Positions 8,636 to 17,434 of a stretch of DNA of 64,000 nucleotides are shown here, piece after piece (within the stretch, counting starts at the first letter, position 1; every line of letters starts with the position of its first letter). Source of the DNA: Trueperaceae bacterium. GTDB lineage: Bacteria; Deinococcota; Deinococci; Deinococcales; Trueperaceae. Location: NCBI GenBank assembly GCA_965213925.1, contig OZ243927.1:4064001-4128000 (forward strand). Direction: 5' to 3'. The notes beneath the pieces are model-generated. The model saw only the letters and a program-made list of their open reading frames with translations, did no database searches and was not told where the DNA came from. The position numbers and the translations under genes are program-made.

Positions 8636-10467
8636 CTTCGTACCTCCATCACTTCTCTAACGTCGTTCACATCCACATACCCGCTCGCCTGCAACTTAAA
8701 GAGCGCCGCGTACGTGCCACCTCTTGCAACGAGTTCGTCGTGCGAGCCCGCCTCCGAAATCACGCCGCCCTCTAGCACGATAATCTTATCCGCCAAGCGC
8801 ACCGTGCTGAAGCGGTGCGAGATGATGATGGTCAAACGCCCGACCGCTTGTTGTCTCAGCGCTTCAATCGTCTCAAACTCCGCTCTCGCGTCTAACGCCG
8901 AGGTCGGCTCGTCAAATATCAACACGGAGCCGCCGCGAAAATAGAGCCGACCCAAGGCGAGGCGTTGCCACTGTCCACCGGAGAGCCCGACGCCGCCCTC
9001 GAAAAGTCGCCCGAGCATGGTGTCGTAGCCTGCGGGTAAGGTTTTGATGACCTCTTCTGCGCCCGAACGTTCGCCCGCCTCGCGTATCGCTGCCTCATCG
9101 TCCAGCGCGTCCGTGCGGCTCAGCGCGATGTTCTCCTTCGCGCTCATCTGGTACTGTCCGAAGTCCTGAAAGACGCTGCTCATCTCCCGCTGGATGCTGC
9201 GGGGGCTGAAGCGGCTCGAGTCCAGCCCATTCAACAAAATGCGTCCCGACGTCGGCTCGTAAAGCCGCGTCATGAGCTTGATCAGCGTCGTCTTGCCCGC
9301 GCCGTTTTCACCCACTAAAGCGACGCTCTGACCGCGCCGCAAGGTGAACGAGACATCCTTAAGCACGTCGCGCTCGGTCAGCGGATAGCGGAAGCTGACG
9401 TTTTGGAACTCGAGCGTCTCGATCTTCCCCGTCCATTCTTCCCCTTCATCCGGGTCTCTAGCAGGAAGTTCCAAAAACTCGAAGAGGTTGCGCATATAGA
9501 GGAGGTTCTGATAAATCCCCGAAAAACCTGATAAGAGCTGCGAGAACTGCGCCTGCACCTGCACGATGCCCTGCGCGAAGAGGGTGAAGTCGCCAATCGT
9601 GATGAGCCCTTGCGCCGCCCGCCGCAAAACCGAGAGCGTCGCGAGTGCCACGAGCCCCGACGACAACAAGGACGCCCCGAGCCCCCACCCACTGCGCCGC
9701 ATGACGAGTGAAACGAGTTGCGCCCTAAACTTTTCGTAGTAGCGCTGCCAGCTCGACAAGAGGTAGTGCTCGAAACCGAAGAGCCGCACCTCTTTGACTA
9801 AGGTATCTGAGGTTAGGAGGCTGCCCAAGTAGTTTTGAATACGCGAGTCCGCCGCCTGCCGCCGAATCATTCGGTAGCTCTGCCGCCCGAAGCGGTTGGA
9901 GACCCAGACGGTGGGGATGGTCGCTAGGAGGATAAGGGGCACGACGTCCGCGCCCAAGTTGGCTAACAGTGCGCCGATGGCGGAAAGTGTAAGGACGGCT
10001 TGGGCGAGCCCGAGAAGCTGGGTTACGACGCCGAGGGGTCTCGTGCCGACCTCTCGATACGCATTACGCAGGGCGTCATACGTTGCAGGGTCTTCGAACT
10101 GGGCAACCTCTAAACCCGCCGCTTTTTCCAAAATCCGTTTGCTGATGCGGTTTTGCAGCGCGTCGCCCAAGAGGTCGCGCACCGCGCTCTGCCCCGCCGT
10201 GAGAATCGCGCCCGCCGCGCCGATAGCGACTTGCAAGATCAAGAGGTTGACCAACTCGCTGAACGCGCCCGTACCGTCAATCGCCCGCGCCACCGCGTCC
10301 ACCAGCAGCTTTGTGACCCACAGACTTGCCGGGGTGATGGCGGCGGCGAGCAAGCCGAAGAGGGCGAGCAGCGAGGTTTGCAGCGGGCTCGCTTGCCAGA
10401 CGAGTTGAGAAGTCTCTACGAGGTCGCGGCGCATGATACGCCAGGACTCGAGTCCTGACCTTAACAC
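8632..10467 (-). CDS. ABC transporter fused permease/ATPase
   Basis: TM domain plus GENGAGKTT, LSGGQWQR, IFDEPTSALD, SHRFST. Confidence 0.92.
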   Translation of the reverse strand: MLRSGLESWRIMRRDLVETSQLVWQASPLQTSLLALFGLLAAAITPASLWVTKLLVDAVARAIDGTGAFSELVNLLILQVAIGAAGAILTAGQSAVRDLLGDALQNRISKRILEKAAGLEVAQFEDPATYDALRNAYREVGTRPLGVVTQLLGLAQAVLTLSAIGALLANLGADVVPLILLATIPTVWVSNRFGRQSYRMIRRQAADSRIQNYLGSLLTSDTLVKEVRLFGFEHYLLSSWQRYYEKFRAQLVSLVMRRSGWGLGASLLSSGLVALATLSVLRRAAQGLITIGDFTLFAQGIVQVQAQFSQLLSGFSGIYQNLLYMRNLFEFLELPARDPDEGEEWTGKIETLEFQNVSFRYPLTERDVLKDVSFTLRRGQSVALVGENGAGKTTLIKLMTRLYEPTSGRILLNGLDSSRFSPRSIQREMSSVFQDFGQYQMSAKENIALSRTDALDDEAAIREAGERSGAEEVIKTLPAGYDTMLGRLFEGGVGLSGGQWQRLALGRLYFRGGSVLIFDEPTSALDARAEFETIEALRQQAVGRLTIIISHRFSTVRLADKIIVLEGGVISEAGSHDELVARGGTYAALFKLQASGYVDVNDVREVMEVRR

Positions 10468-10569
10468 TGCTCTCAGCGCTGACCTCTTGCTCGATGTATT
10501 GCTCGATATTCGATATCTACTCTAAGCATATGGAACTCGCTCCTTCTCTTCATCTTACGCGCCTCACGC

Positions 10570-11463
10570 TCACGACCTCTCGCTCAAGGTGACGCCGACC
10601 TCTTTCACTTCACCGCCGCGTAGCACCTTGAAGGTGACCTCTTGGTCAATAAGGTCTTCGCGCATGGCAGCTTGGAGGTCGTCGAAGTGGCGTAAGGGGG
10701 TGCTGTTCAGCTCGAGCAGCGTGTCCCCCAACACGAGCCCCGCCGTCGCGCCTGAACTTTCCGGCGCGACGGAGGTGAGGAGAAGACCGGTTCTCTGCTC
10801 GCCGTAGCTTTCTGGAAGTCTAACGCTCTGCACGCCGACGCCCAAGTAGGGGCGGCGCATTCTGCCGTGTTCCAGGAGGGTTTTCGCGACGCGCTCCACG
10901 GTCTCAGTAGGAATAGTGACGCTTCCTTGCCTCGAGAATGCGGAGGTGTTGACGCCTAAAACCTCTCCCGACGCGCTCACAAGAGGTCCGCCGGAAAAGC
11001 CTCTAAAGGGCTGGGCGTCCGTGCGCAGGTCCCTCGCGACGTGACCCCCTGAGCGCGTATGCCAAGGCTCACCTAGCGCGCTCGCGATACCTAAGCTGGC
11101 TCGCACGTTTCCGCCGCGCCGCCCCGCCATCAGGACGAGCTGACCGACGCGCAAACCTTCGCCGCCCTTCCAGGTCGGAACGCTGAGGTTGCCGCCTTCG
11201 ACTTTGAGGAGTGCGAGGTCCGTGGTGGGGTCACGCCCGATAAGCGACGCGGAGCGGGTTTCGCCGCCCCTAGTATCCGCGTGAAGCCTGACGGTAATGT
11301 CTTCGTCGTACTCGGTCGTGTGATGCGTCGTGACGAGCGTGTCGTCCGTCCACACGGTGCCACTTACATCATATCTGCGCCGCGCGTGGACGCCGACGAG
11401 CGAGGGTGAGAGGGTTTCTAAACTAGCTGCTAAAGATTCGGATAGGTCTTGTAAATCTGCCAT
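10570..11463 (-). CDS. S1C trypsin-like serine protease with PDZ domain
   Basis: VTTHH, DPTTDLALL, GFSGGPL, then RPYLGV (PDZ). Confidence 0.9.
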   Translation of the reverse strand: MADLQDLSESLAASLETLSPSLVGVHARRRYDVSGTVWTDDTLVTTHHTTEYDEDITVRLHADTRGGETRSASLIGRDPTTDLALLKVEGGNLSVPTWKGGEGLRVGQLVLMAGRRGGNVRASLGIASALGEPWHTRSGGHVARDLRTDAQPFRGFSGGPLVSASGEVLGVNTSAFSRQGSVTIPTETVERVAKTLLEHGRMRRPYLGVGVQSVRLPESYGEQRTGLLLTSVAPESSGATAGLVLGDTLLELNSTPLRHFDDLQAAMREDLIDQEVTFKVLRGGEVKEVGVTLSERS

Positions 11464-11653
11464 ACACTTAGCTTAATCGCGAGGGGCACCCTGCACATCC
11501 GCCGAATGGTCAGGGGAGCACTGGTCATTTGGGTAGGTATGGATGGACCTACCGGCGTTAGTGAGGCTCGAGCGTCCCCTATCAAGCACCGCTCCCTCTA
11601 AATCAGGTTCATCTGAAAAGTTCTTCTGACGCCAGAGAGGGTAAACTTAGACT

Positions 11654-12223
11654 ATGGACACGCTTCTCGCTATCTGTTTGGGAGTTGCGCTCAGCGCTGC
11701 GTGCGGCTTCCGCGTCTTCATCCCGCCCTTCGTCATGAGCGCGTCGGCGATGTTCGGCGGCGTCGACTTGCCCGCGAGCGCCGACTGGATGGAAACGAAC
11801 GCCGCCTTTGCCGCTTTGGGCGCAGCCACGCTCGCCGAAGTCGCTGGCTTTTACATCCCTTGGGTGGATAACTTGCTCGACACCATCGCCGCGCCCGCCG
11901 CTGTAGTCGCAGGAACGCTGATTACAGGCTCGTTTGTACCCGAACTTGACCCGGTTTTGCGCTGGACGATGGCGGGTATTTTGGGCGGCGGGGCGGCGGG
12001 CGGTATTCAGGCGCTAACGAGCGTAACGCGGCTCGCCTCGACAACGACGACGGGGGGCGTCGGCAACCCAGTCTTTTCTACGGTCGAAAACGTTCTCGCC
12101 GTTCTCTTCTCCCTATTAGCCTTTATGCTACCTATTATCGCCATCATATTGCTCATCGCGCTCGTTATCTTCGCAGTGAGGCGCGTCGTACGCCTACGAG
12201 GACCTAAACAAGAGCAACTTTAG
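11654..12223 (+). CDS. DUF4126 membrane protein
   Basis: LSAACGFRVFIP, YIPWVDNLLD, TTGGVGNPVFSTVE. Confidence 0.85.
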   Translation: MDTLLAICLGVALSAACGFRVFIPPFVMSASAMFGGVDLPASADWMETNAAFAALGAATLAEVAGFYIPWVDNLLDTIAAPAAVVAGTLITGSFVPELDPVLRWTMAGILGGGAAGGIQALTSVTRLASTTTTGGVGNPVFSTVENVLAVLFSLLAFMLPIIAIILLIALVIFAVRRVVRLRGPKQEQL

Positions 12224-12247
12224 CCTAGGCTACATCAGTTTAATAGG

Positions 12248-12356
12248 AAAGATAAAAGCCCTCTCGGAGAGGAGGACGAGAGGGCTTAGTGAGAGGCAGG
12301 GCGTAGGTGGTGATGCATGACGTGGTGGATGACGGTTCACGGTGTTGCCCTGCCTA
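12248..12356 (-). ncRNA. Candidate small RNA (two hairpins, intrinsic terminator)
   Basis: -10 TAAAGT at 12362-12367(-). Stem GGCAGGGC/GCCCTGCC, then stem AAGCCCTCTCG/CGAGAGGGCTT followed by a U-tract. Confidence 0.55.
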
Positions 12357-12378
12357 TATGTACTTTAGACGAAGAGGT

Positions 12379-12394
12379 CTTACAAAGTTCTTAC
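12379..12394 (-). promoter_or_regulatory. GTAAG-N6-GTAAG direct repeat, putative regulator site
   Basis: GTAAGAACTTTGTAAG lies 11 nt upstream of the -10 hexamer. The same geometry occurs at 13826-13840. Confidence 0.5.
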
Positions 12395-12550
12395 AGCGCT
12401 CACGCCCCCTAGTTCCATGAAGGGTTTCTCAACGTGCGGGCGTATCTACTTCTGGAAAGTTTCAAGAGTAGGCGTGAGAACGTGATGCTCGAGCGCTCAG
12501 CATAGGGAAGCACGACAATCCACACATAAACAGCAGAAAACCGCATCTCA

Positions 12551-12670
12551 CAGCACTTCCAAAACATACTGAGACAGAACGCCGTAGATTTCACAGCTTG
12601 CTGTAACGGAACCTCATCTCATAACGTGCGCGCTGAGCAGTGTTTTCTATAGTGAGAGTGTTTCTGACCA
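12551..12670 (+). repeat. Dispersed repeat family A, copy 2 (degenerate right end)
   Basis: CAGCACTTCCAAAACATACTGAGACAG..AACGGAACCTCAT..GTGCGCGCT..GTGAGAGTG. Confidence 0.75.
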
Positions 12671-12680
12671 CCATCGCTTT

Positions 12681-12807
12681 ATACGGAATTGCACAGTTTA
12701 CTTACCCTAACTGAGGGCGTTGGAGCTTTTCAGCGAAGCGCCGAGTTTACGTCCCATCACAGATGGGCACGGCTTAGTTTTGCAAACTAAGCCGTGCAAC
12801 CTCGTAT
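12681..12807. repeat. MITE-like element family B (ATACGG...CGTAT)
   Basis: Terminal IR ATACGGAATTGCAC / GTGCAACCTCGTAT (11/14) and an internal perfect 14-bp hairpin at 12767-12797. Confidence 0.6.
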
Positions 12808-12933
12808 TACGTAAGTTTTGGCTCCGCCAAACGCGAGTACTAACGTGAACCGACCGTAGGGAGTTCAGCGAAGCGCCGAGGTTTTACCGTCCAGACTTTG
12901 ATACCTGGTATCAATAGGATGCAGCCTTCAAAA

Positions 12934-12966
12934 GAAACACACTAGGAAAGGCTCGAACCCTCGACC
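12934..12966 (-). mobile_element. att-like duplicate of the tRNA-Arg 3' end
   Basis: 29/33 identity to 13998-14030. Confidence 0.7.
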
Positions 12967-13010
12967 CACCACTACTAGCTTGTCACTCTTAGCTGAAACG
13001 AGGTGAGCAT

Positions 13011-13046
13011 AAAAAGACCAGCCGCTCACATGAAGCGGCTGGTCTT
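13011..13046 (-). terminator. Intrinsic terminator of the lipoprotein gene
   Basis: AAGACCAGCCGCT-loop-AGCGGCTGGTCTT with a U-tract on the minus strand. Confidence 0.8.
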
Positions 13047-13061
13047 ACCGACAGGAAGCGT

Positions 13062-13799
13062 TTAGTGAGCCGTTGCCAAAAGACCGGGAAACTCCCCTGA
13101 CGAAGGAACATACTCAAAGCTGTTTACGATCGACTCGACGACGGGCGCGTAAGCTTGCTCGAACTCAGCCAGCGAGCCAAACGAGATAGCATAGACTTCC
13201 CTATCGTTCTTGATGATGTAGGTTGACACCGCCATCACCTCACCGCTTAGGTCGCCAAACCCTGACATCCGCAAGCTAAGCACGCCCACTTCACCGACAT
13301 CAAGCTCGACAATTCGCGATTCAATTTCTCCGATGGGATCGAAGAGATTTTGCACCATACGCTTACTCACAGCCATGTAGAGGCTGAGCGGCATAGGAAT
13401 AGCGAGTTCTTCCTTAGCGATATTCAGGGAGGTGCTGAGCAACGCCTCTTCGGTCATGTCAACCGCCTCGAATAAAAAGGGGTTGGCTGAGGCTTGGTAA
13501 AACTCGTGAAGATAGGAGTTGGCACTTTCGTCAACATCGGTGCGTTGCCAGGACGGGGGTAGGTCGATTGAAATGCCTGCAAACTCATTTTCGTAGCTGA
13601 CCCAGGCGTCTTTCGGCATAGTAGATTGGAGAACTATCGCGGGCGGAGTTGAAACCGTGCCGCTCACCTGGTCACGCTGGGATGTCACGGAGCTATACGG
13701 TTGCTGAACGGTTGTGGTCGCTGGCGCGCAAGCCGCAAGTAACAAGGAGGAAAAGGCGAGGGCCATTGTCGTTCGCTGTAATGGGCGTCGTATCATCAT
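13062..13799 (-). CDS. Putative lipoprotein (PsbP/DcrB-like fold)
   Basis: Lipobox LLLAAC; ISIDLPPSW and C-terminal ESIVNSF pattern. Confidence 0.65.
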   Translation of the reverse strand: MMIRRPLQRTTMALAFSSLLLAACAPATTTVQQPYSSVTSQRDQVSGTVSTPPAIVLQSTMPKDAWVSYENEFAGISIDLPPSWQRTDVDESANSYLHEFYQASANPFLFEAVDMTEEALLSTSLNIAKEELAIPMPLSLYMAVSKRMVQNLFDPIGEIESRIVELDVGEVGVLSLRMSGFGDLSGEVMAVSTYIIKNDREVYAISFGSLAEFEQAYAPVVESIVNSFEYVPSSGEFPGLLATAH

Positions 13800-13958
13800 A
13801 GAGACTTAAAATAGCGCGTTCCCTCTTACAGAAAACTTACTCCGCTCCGTAGCGAGCCAGCACACTTAGTCGAGCAACCCTAGCGTGTCAAAAGGTGCCA
13901 GTTTGCTTCTCTCTATTTTCGCTCGCGGCGTTCATGAACTGCGGGGGTCAAGAGAAAG

Positions 13959-13993
13959 AGGACACGCCTTTCGAACTGTGAAAAGCGTGTCCT
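13959..13993 (-). terminator. Terminator after the tRNA operon
   Basis: AGGACACGC..GCGTGTCCT hairpin immediately 3' of tRNA-Arg. Confidence 0.6.
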
Positions 13994-14001
13994 ACATGAA
14001 A

Positions 14002-14075
14002 CGCACCAGGAAGGACTCGAACCCTCGACCTATCGCTTAGAAGGCGACTGCTCTATCCAGCTGAGCTACTGGTGC
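14002..14075 (-). tRNA. tRNA-Arg(TCT), CCA not encoded
   Basis: GCACCAG acceptor stem, anticodon loop CT-TCT-AA, T-loop GGTTCGAGTCC. Confidence 0.95.
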
Positions 14076-14200
14076 AAGATTGGTTACTTCGTAAAGCTTC
14101 GCGCAATCATCAATCAATAGACGCTATCACTGTTCACTACATCTGACCTGTTTGAACGCTAAAAGAATCGGTCCAGCGAAAAACGAACTGTCGATGATAA

Positions 14201-14277
<77 letters not shown>

Positions 14278-14406
14278 AAGATTGGTATCATCAATCGACA
14301 GACGCCGTCACTGAAAAAGCAAGTGTTGCTTCTTTCGACTTTTCAATACCTCATTTACTCGAGAAAGCCCAACTTCTATCCGACTTAACGAATAAGCTTT
14401 CCCAAA

Positions 14407-14483
<77 letters not shown>

Positions 14484-14816
14484 ATTGCGCCGCACGACTC
14501 ATATGCAGCGTTCTAAAGTATACAGAAGAAGCGCAGAGACTACAAGCCCTCGCAAACGTTACGCGCGTATCCACCAGCTAAAAAATGGGGAAGAAGTGGC
14601 GAGTAAGAAGTGAAAACCTCGAGGTATCGCCACCTCCTTAGGTTCTCCTTTCTACCCCCCGCGTCCGACTGGTCCCGAAGCCCTCTGTAAAGCTTCTCGG
14701 TTTCGAAGCCTCGAGACGGCGTGCTCGCTTACGTTGCCCCTCTCTCACTATCTGTTACAAAGGATAAAGCCTACACGTTAGGCGCAACCCTAACTTTTAG
14801 ACCTGAGGGGGTCATA

Positions 14817-15245
14817 GTGAGCACCACCGGCTTAGATGTTTTTGACAGTACCGTGCAAGAGACCAATCAATGGCTCAATACCGTCACTGCAGAACTCGGA
14901 CACGGCGACTCGCAGCTCGCCTACTCCGGCTTACGCGCGACGCTGCACGCCTTGCGCGACCGCATCCCGACTGAGGTCGCCGCCGAATTCGGCGCGCAAC
15001 TGCCGATGCTCGTGCGCGGCTTTTACTACGAGGGCTACGTGCCGAGCCAAACGCCTATCAAGGACCGCACCAAAGATGATTTTTTAGAGCGCATCGCTGA
15101 GATGTACCACAACAAAGAGATAGACCTAGAGAAGCTCGCCGTCGCTGTTTTTAGCACGGTGAACAAGTTCGTCACGAAGGGTCAAGCCGAAAAAACGCGC
15201 GACATGCTCAACGAGCGCGTCCGTGAACTTTGGCCTGCGCCCTAA
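14817..15245 (+). CDS. DUF2267 family protein
   Basis: TGLDVFDSTVQETNQWL, LRATLHALRDR, AQLPMLVRGFYYEG. Start GTG 14817 follows GAGGGG. Confidence 0.85.
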   Translation: MSTTGLDVFDSTVQETNQWLNTVTAELGHGDSQLAYSGLRATLHALRDRIPTEVAAEFGAQLPMLVRGFYYEGYVPSQTPIKDRTKDDFLERIAEMYHNKEIDLEKLAVAVFSTVNKFVTKGQAEKTRDMLNERVRELWPAP

Positions 15246-15281
15246 ACGCGGTACGAAGGAACGTCCTTTCGTCAACGAAGC

Positions 15282-16022
15282 TTAAAAGAGCGGGCTGCTC
15301 GAGGCCACCCCCTCCGCCTCCTCCACTTTGTCCAGCCGAAAGGTCAGCACCTTCTGTCGCCAGTGGCAAAACCCTCGGATGTACGCCCCGTCGAACTTGT
15401 TCACATCTACTAAACGCTCTTTCCCGCCGTAGACCATGCGCACGCTGCTGCGGTTCAGCGCGGCGTGTTTGAAGACCGCCCCGAGCGGGCTTTGCGCGAA
15501 GCTCATGGGAACGGGCGCGCGGCGCGGTCCCTTCTGGAACAAGAGTTGACCATTTTTCTTAGCGTACTCGTACAGGTCTCGGGTGAGCTTGACGTCCTCT
15601 AAGCAGTAGCGCTCGAGCTTCGCCCAGTCCCCTGCGCGGTAGTACTCCAGCGCGTCCAGACCGGAGCCGAGTTTGCCCTGTCCCAGCGTCGCTTGCGCGA
15701 GCGAGTCGAGGGAGATGCGCCGCCCCAAAGCTTTTTGCGCCTCCACCATGAGGTCTAAGGTCGGCAGGTCGTAGACCCAGTCTCCTAGCTCGGCTGCTAG
15801 CACGGGCCAGTCGAAGCCGATGAGGTTAAAGCCGACGATTTGCTCCGCCTCTTTAAGCGCGGTTGCCAATTCGCCGAAATGCTCTTCGCGGTAGGCGGCG
15901 AAGCGGTCGCCCTCGTAGAAGTAGACGCCGACGACGCTCACGCCGAGTTTGGCTTTGTTGTGCGCGCCCCCCACCTCGCCAAAGGAGCGCTTGGTCTCTA
16001 AGTCCAAAACGAGGCGGTTCAC
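15282..16022 (-). CDS. RNase H-like (YprB/RNase_H_2, DEDDy) exonuclease with C-terminal WYL-like domain
   Basis: VLDLET, GFNLIGFD, YCLEDV; C-terminal VRMVY..RGFCHWRQKVLTFRLDKV. Confidence 0.75.
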   Translation of the reverse strand: MNRLVLDLETKRSFGEVGGAHNKAKLGVSVVGVYFYEGDRFAAYREEHFGELATALKEAEQIVGFNLIGFDWPVLAAELGDWVYDLPTLDLMVEAQKALGRRISLDSLAQATLGQGKLGSGLDALEYYRAGDWAKLERYCLEDVKLTRDLYEYAKKNGQLLFQKGPRRAPVPMSFAQSPLGAVFKHAALNRSSVRMVYGGKERLVDVNKFDGAYIRGFCHWRQKVLTFRLDKVEEAEGVASSSPLF

Positions 16023-16816
16023 TCTAGCACCGTTCTTAGCTCGAGTCCCTCCAAGAGCGACTCGTGGAGCGCGCCGTTCGAGGAGACGAGCACCTTGTCC
16101 TCGACGTTATAGGGTTCCCCGGCGGGTCCGCTCACGCGCCCGCCCGCCTCTTCGAGGATGAGCACGCCCGCCGCCACGTCCCACGGGTGGAGCCTGAGGT
16201 CCCAAAACCCGTCGAGCCGCCCGCACGCGACGTAGCAGAGGTCTAAAGCGGCGGCTCCGGGGCGGCGAATCGCGCGGCAGCGGTGCATCATGCGCGCGAA
16301 AACCTCGATGTTGTCCGAGGCGGTTTCAGGGTTGTAGGGGAAGCCGGTGGCGAGCATGGCGTTTCTGAGCACGTCCTCGCTCGTCACCCGGATCGGCGCG
16401 CCGTTCATCGTCGCGCCCTCGCCCTTAACGGCTGTAAAGAGTTCGTCCCGGAACGAATCGAGCACCACGCCTACCTGCAGTTCGCCTTCAACCTCTAACC
16501 CAATGGAGACGCAGTAGAAGGGGAAACCGTGCGCGTAGTTAAGCGTGCCGTCTAAAGGGTCTACAATCCAGCGGTGGCTCGCCTCCTCGCCGGATGTTCT
16601 ACCCTGACCTTCCTCTTCGCCTAAAACGGTGTGCTCCGGGTAGTCGCCCAGCAAAATCTCGCGGATGGTCGCCTCGCTCTCCTTGTCCACGCGGGTGACG
16701 AGGTCGGTCTCGGTCGTTTTAGTCTGGATGCCCAAATCGTCACTGTTGGCGCTTCGCTGGTGAATCTTAGCGGCGGCTTGGGCAGCGCGCAGGGCGGTAC
16801 GGAGGTAGTCGTTCAT
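16019..16816 (-). CDS. suhB: Inositol monophosphatase family protein
   Basis: DLVTRVD, GEE, WIVDPLDGTLNY, GAAALDL, WDVAAG. Confidence 0.9.
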   Translation of the reverse strand: MNDYLRTALRAAQAAAKIHQRSANSDDLGIQTKTTETDLVTRVDKESEATIREILLGDYPEHTVLGEEEGQGRTSGEEASHRWIVDPLDGTLNYAHGFPFYCVSIGLEVEGELQVGVVLDSFRDELFTAVKGEGATMNGAPIRVTSEDVLRNAMLATGFPYNPETASDNIEVFARMMHRCRAIRRPGAAALDLCYVACGRLDGFWDLRLHPWDVAAGVLILEEAGGRVSGPAGEPYNVEDKVLVSSNGALHESLLEGLELRTVLE

Positions 16817-16901
16817 GCCCCCACTATACGCGCAGGAGAGTTTGCAACAAAGCCTACCAAAGAGGTCTGCGCGCGTCGGCGTGAGGTAAGCTCGTAGCGG
16901 T

Positions 16902-17411
16902 ATGGCGTCGAAGCAGCCCTCATCCGACCAGCAGCGAGCCTCGCGGCGGCGTCTCTCCTTGCGGAGCGAGTTCACGCTGGCGCTGCTACCGACGGCAACT
17001 GTGCTGGCGGTGTTCGCCTTTGTGGAAGCCGTGAGCGAGCAGCGGCTGCTGTTCGCGTCGCTCGCCTCGAGCGCGTTTCTCATCTATCTGGACCCGCAGC
17101 ACGGCATGAACCGAACCCGCACACTCCTCACTGCGCAACTGAGCGCGGCGGCGCTGGGTTTCGTGATGGACGTGCTGTTCGGGGAGGGCTACTTAGCGGG
17201 CGGACTGGCGATGGTTTTCACCATCACCCTGATGGTCCTTTTCGACGCCATGCACCCGCCCGCCATCTCCACCTCGCTCATCTTCGCCTTTCGCTCGCCT
17301 GGTCCAAACAACGTGCTCCTCTTCGCGCTTGCGGTCGGGGTGACGGTGGTGCTCTTGGGGCTCGAGCGCTCAGCCGTGTGGCTCTTGGCGCGACGGGAAA
17401 AGGCGCGATGA
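16902..17411 (+). CDS. HPP family membrane protein
   Basis: ASLASSAFL, MHPPA motif, TM helices. Confidence 0.85.
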   Translation: MASKQPSSDQQRASRRRLSLRSEFTLALLPTATVLAVFAFVEAVSEQRLLFASLASSAFLIYLDPQHGMNRTRTLLTAQLSAAALGFVMDVLFGEGYLAGGLAMVFTITLMVLFDAMHPPAISTSLIFAFRSPGPNNVLLFALAVGVTVVLLGLERSAVWLLARREKAR

Positions 17412-17434
17412 TATATTTGAGCCGGGGGTTCTAC

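Noticed and set aside
12313..12411. 32-aa plus-strand peptide after AGGTGG
   Set aside because: The SD-ATG spacing is too short, and the promoter and terminator signals point to a minus-strand RNA instead.
13872..13902. GCAACC..AAGGTGCCA resembling the SAM-I riboswitch core
   Set aside because: It lacks the 5' ATC..GAG/GAGGGA kink-turn elements, and there is no plus-strand downstream gene.
16817..17083. N-terminal extensions in the ORF track (suhB to 17083; also MFS 5300, LON 23219, merR 41513, DUF2267 14721)
   Set aside because: They overlap other genes or promoters, and family homology and -10/RBS signals begin at the downstream starts.
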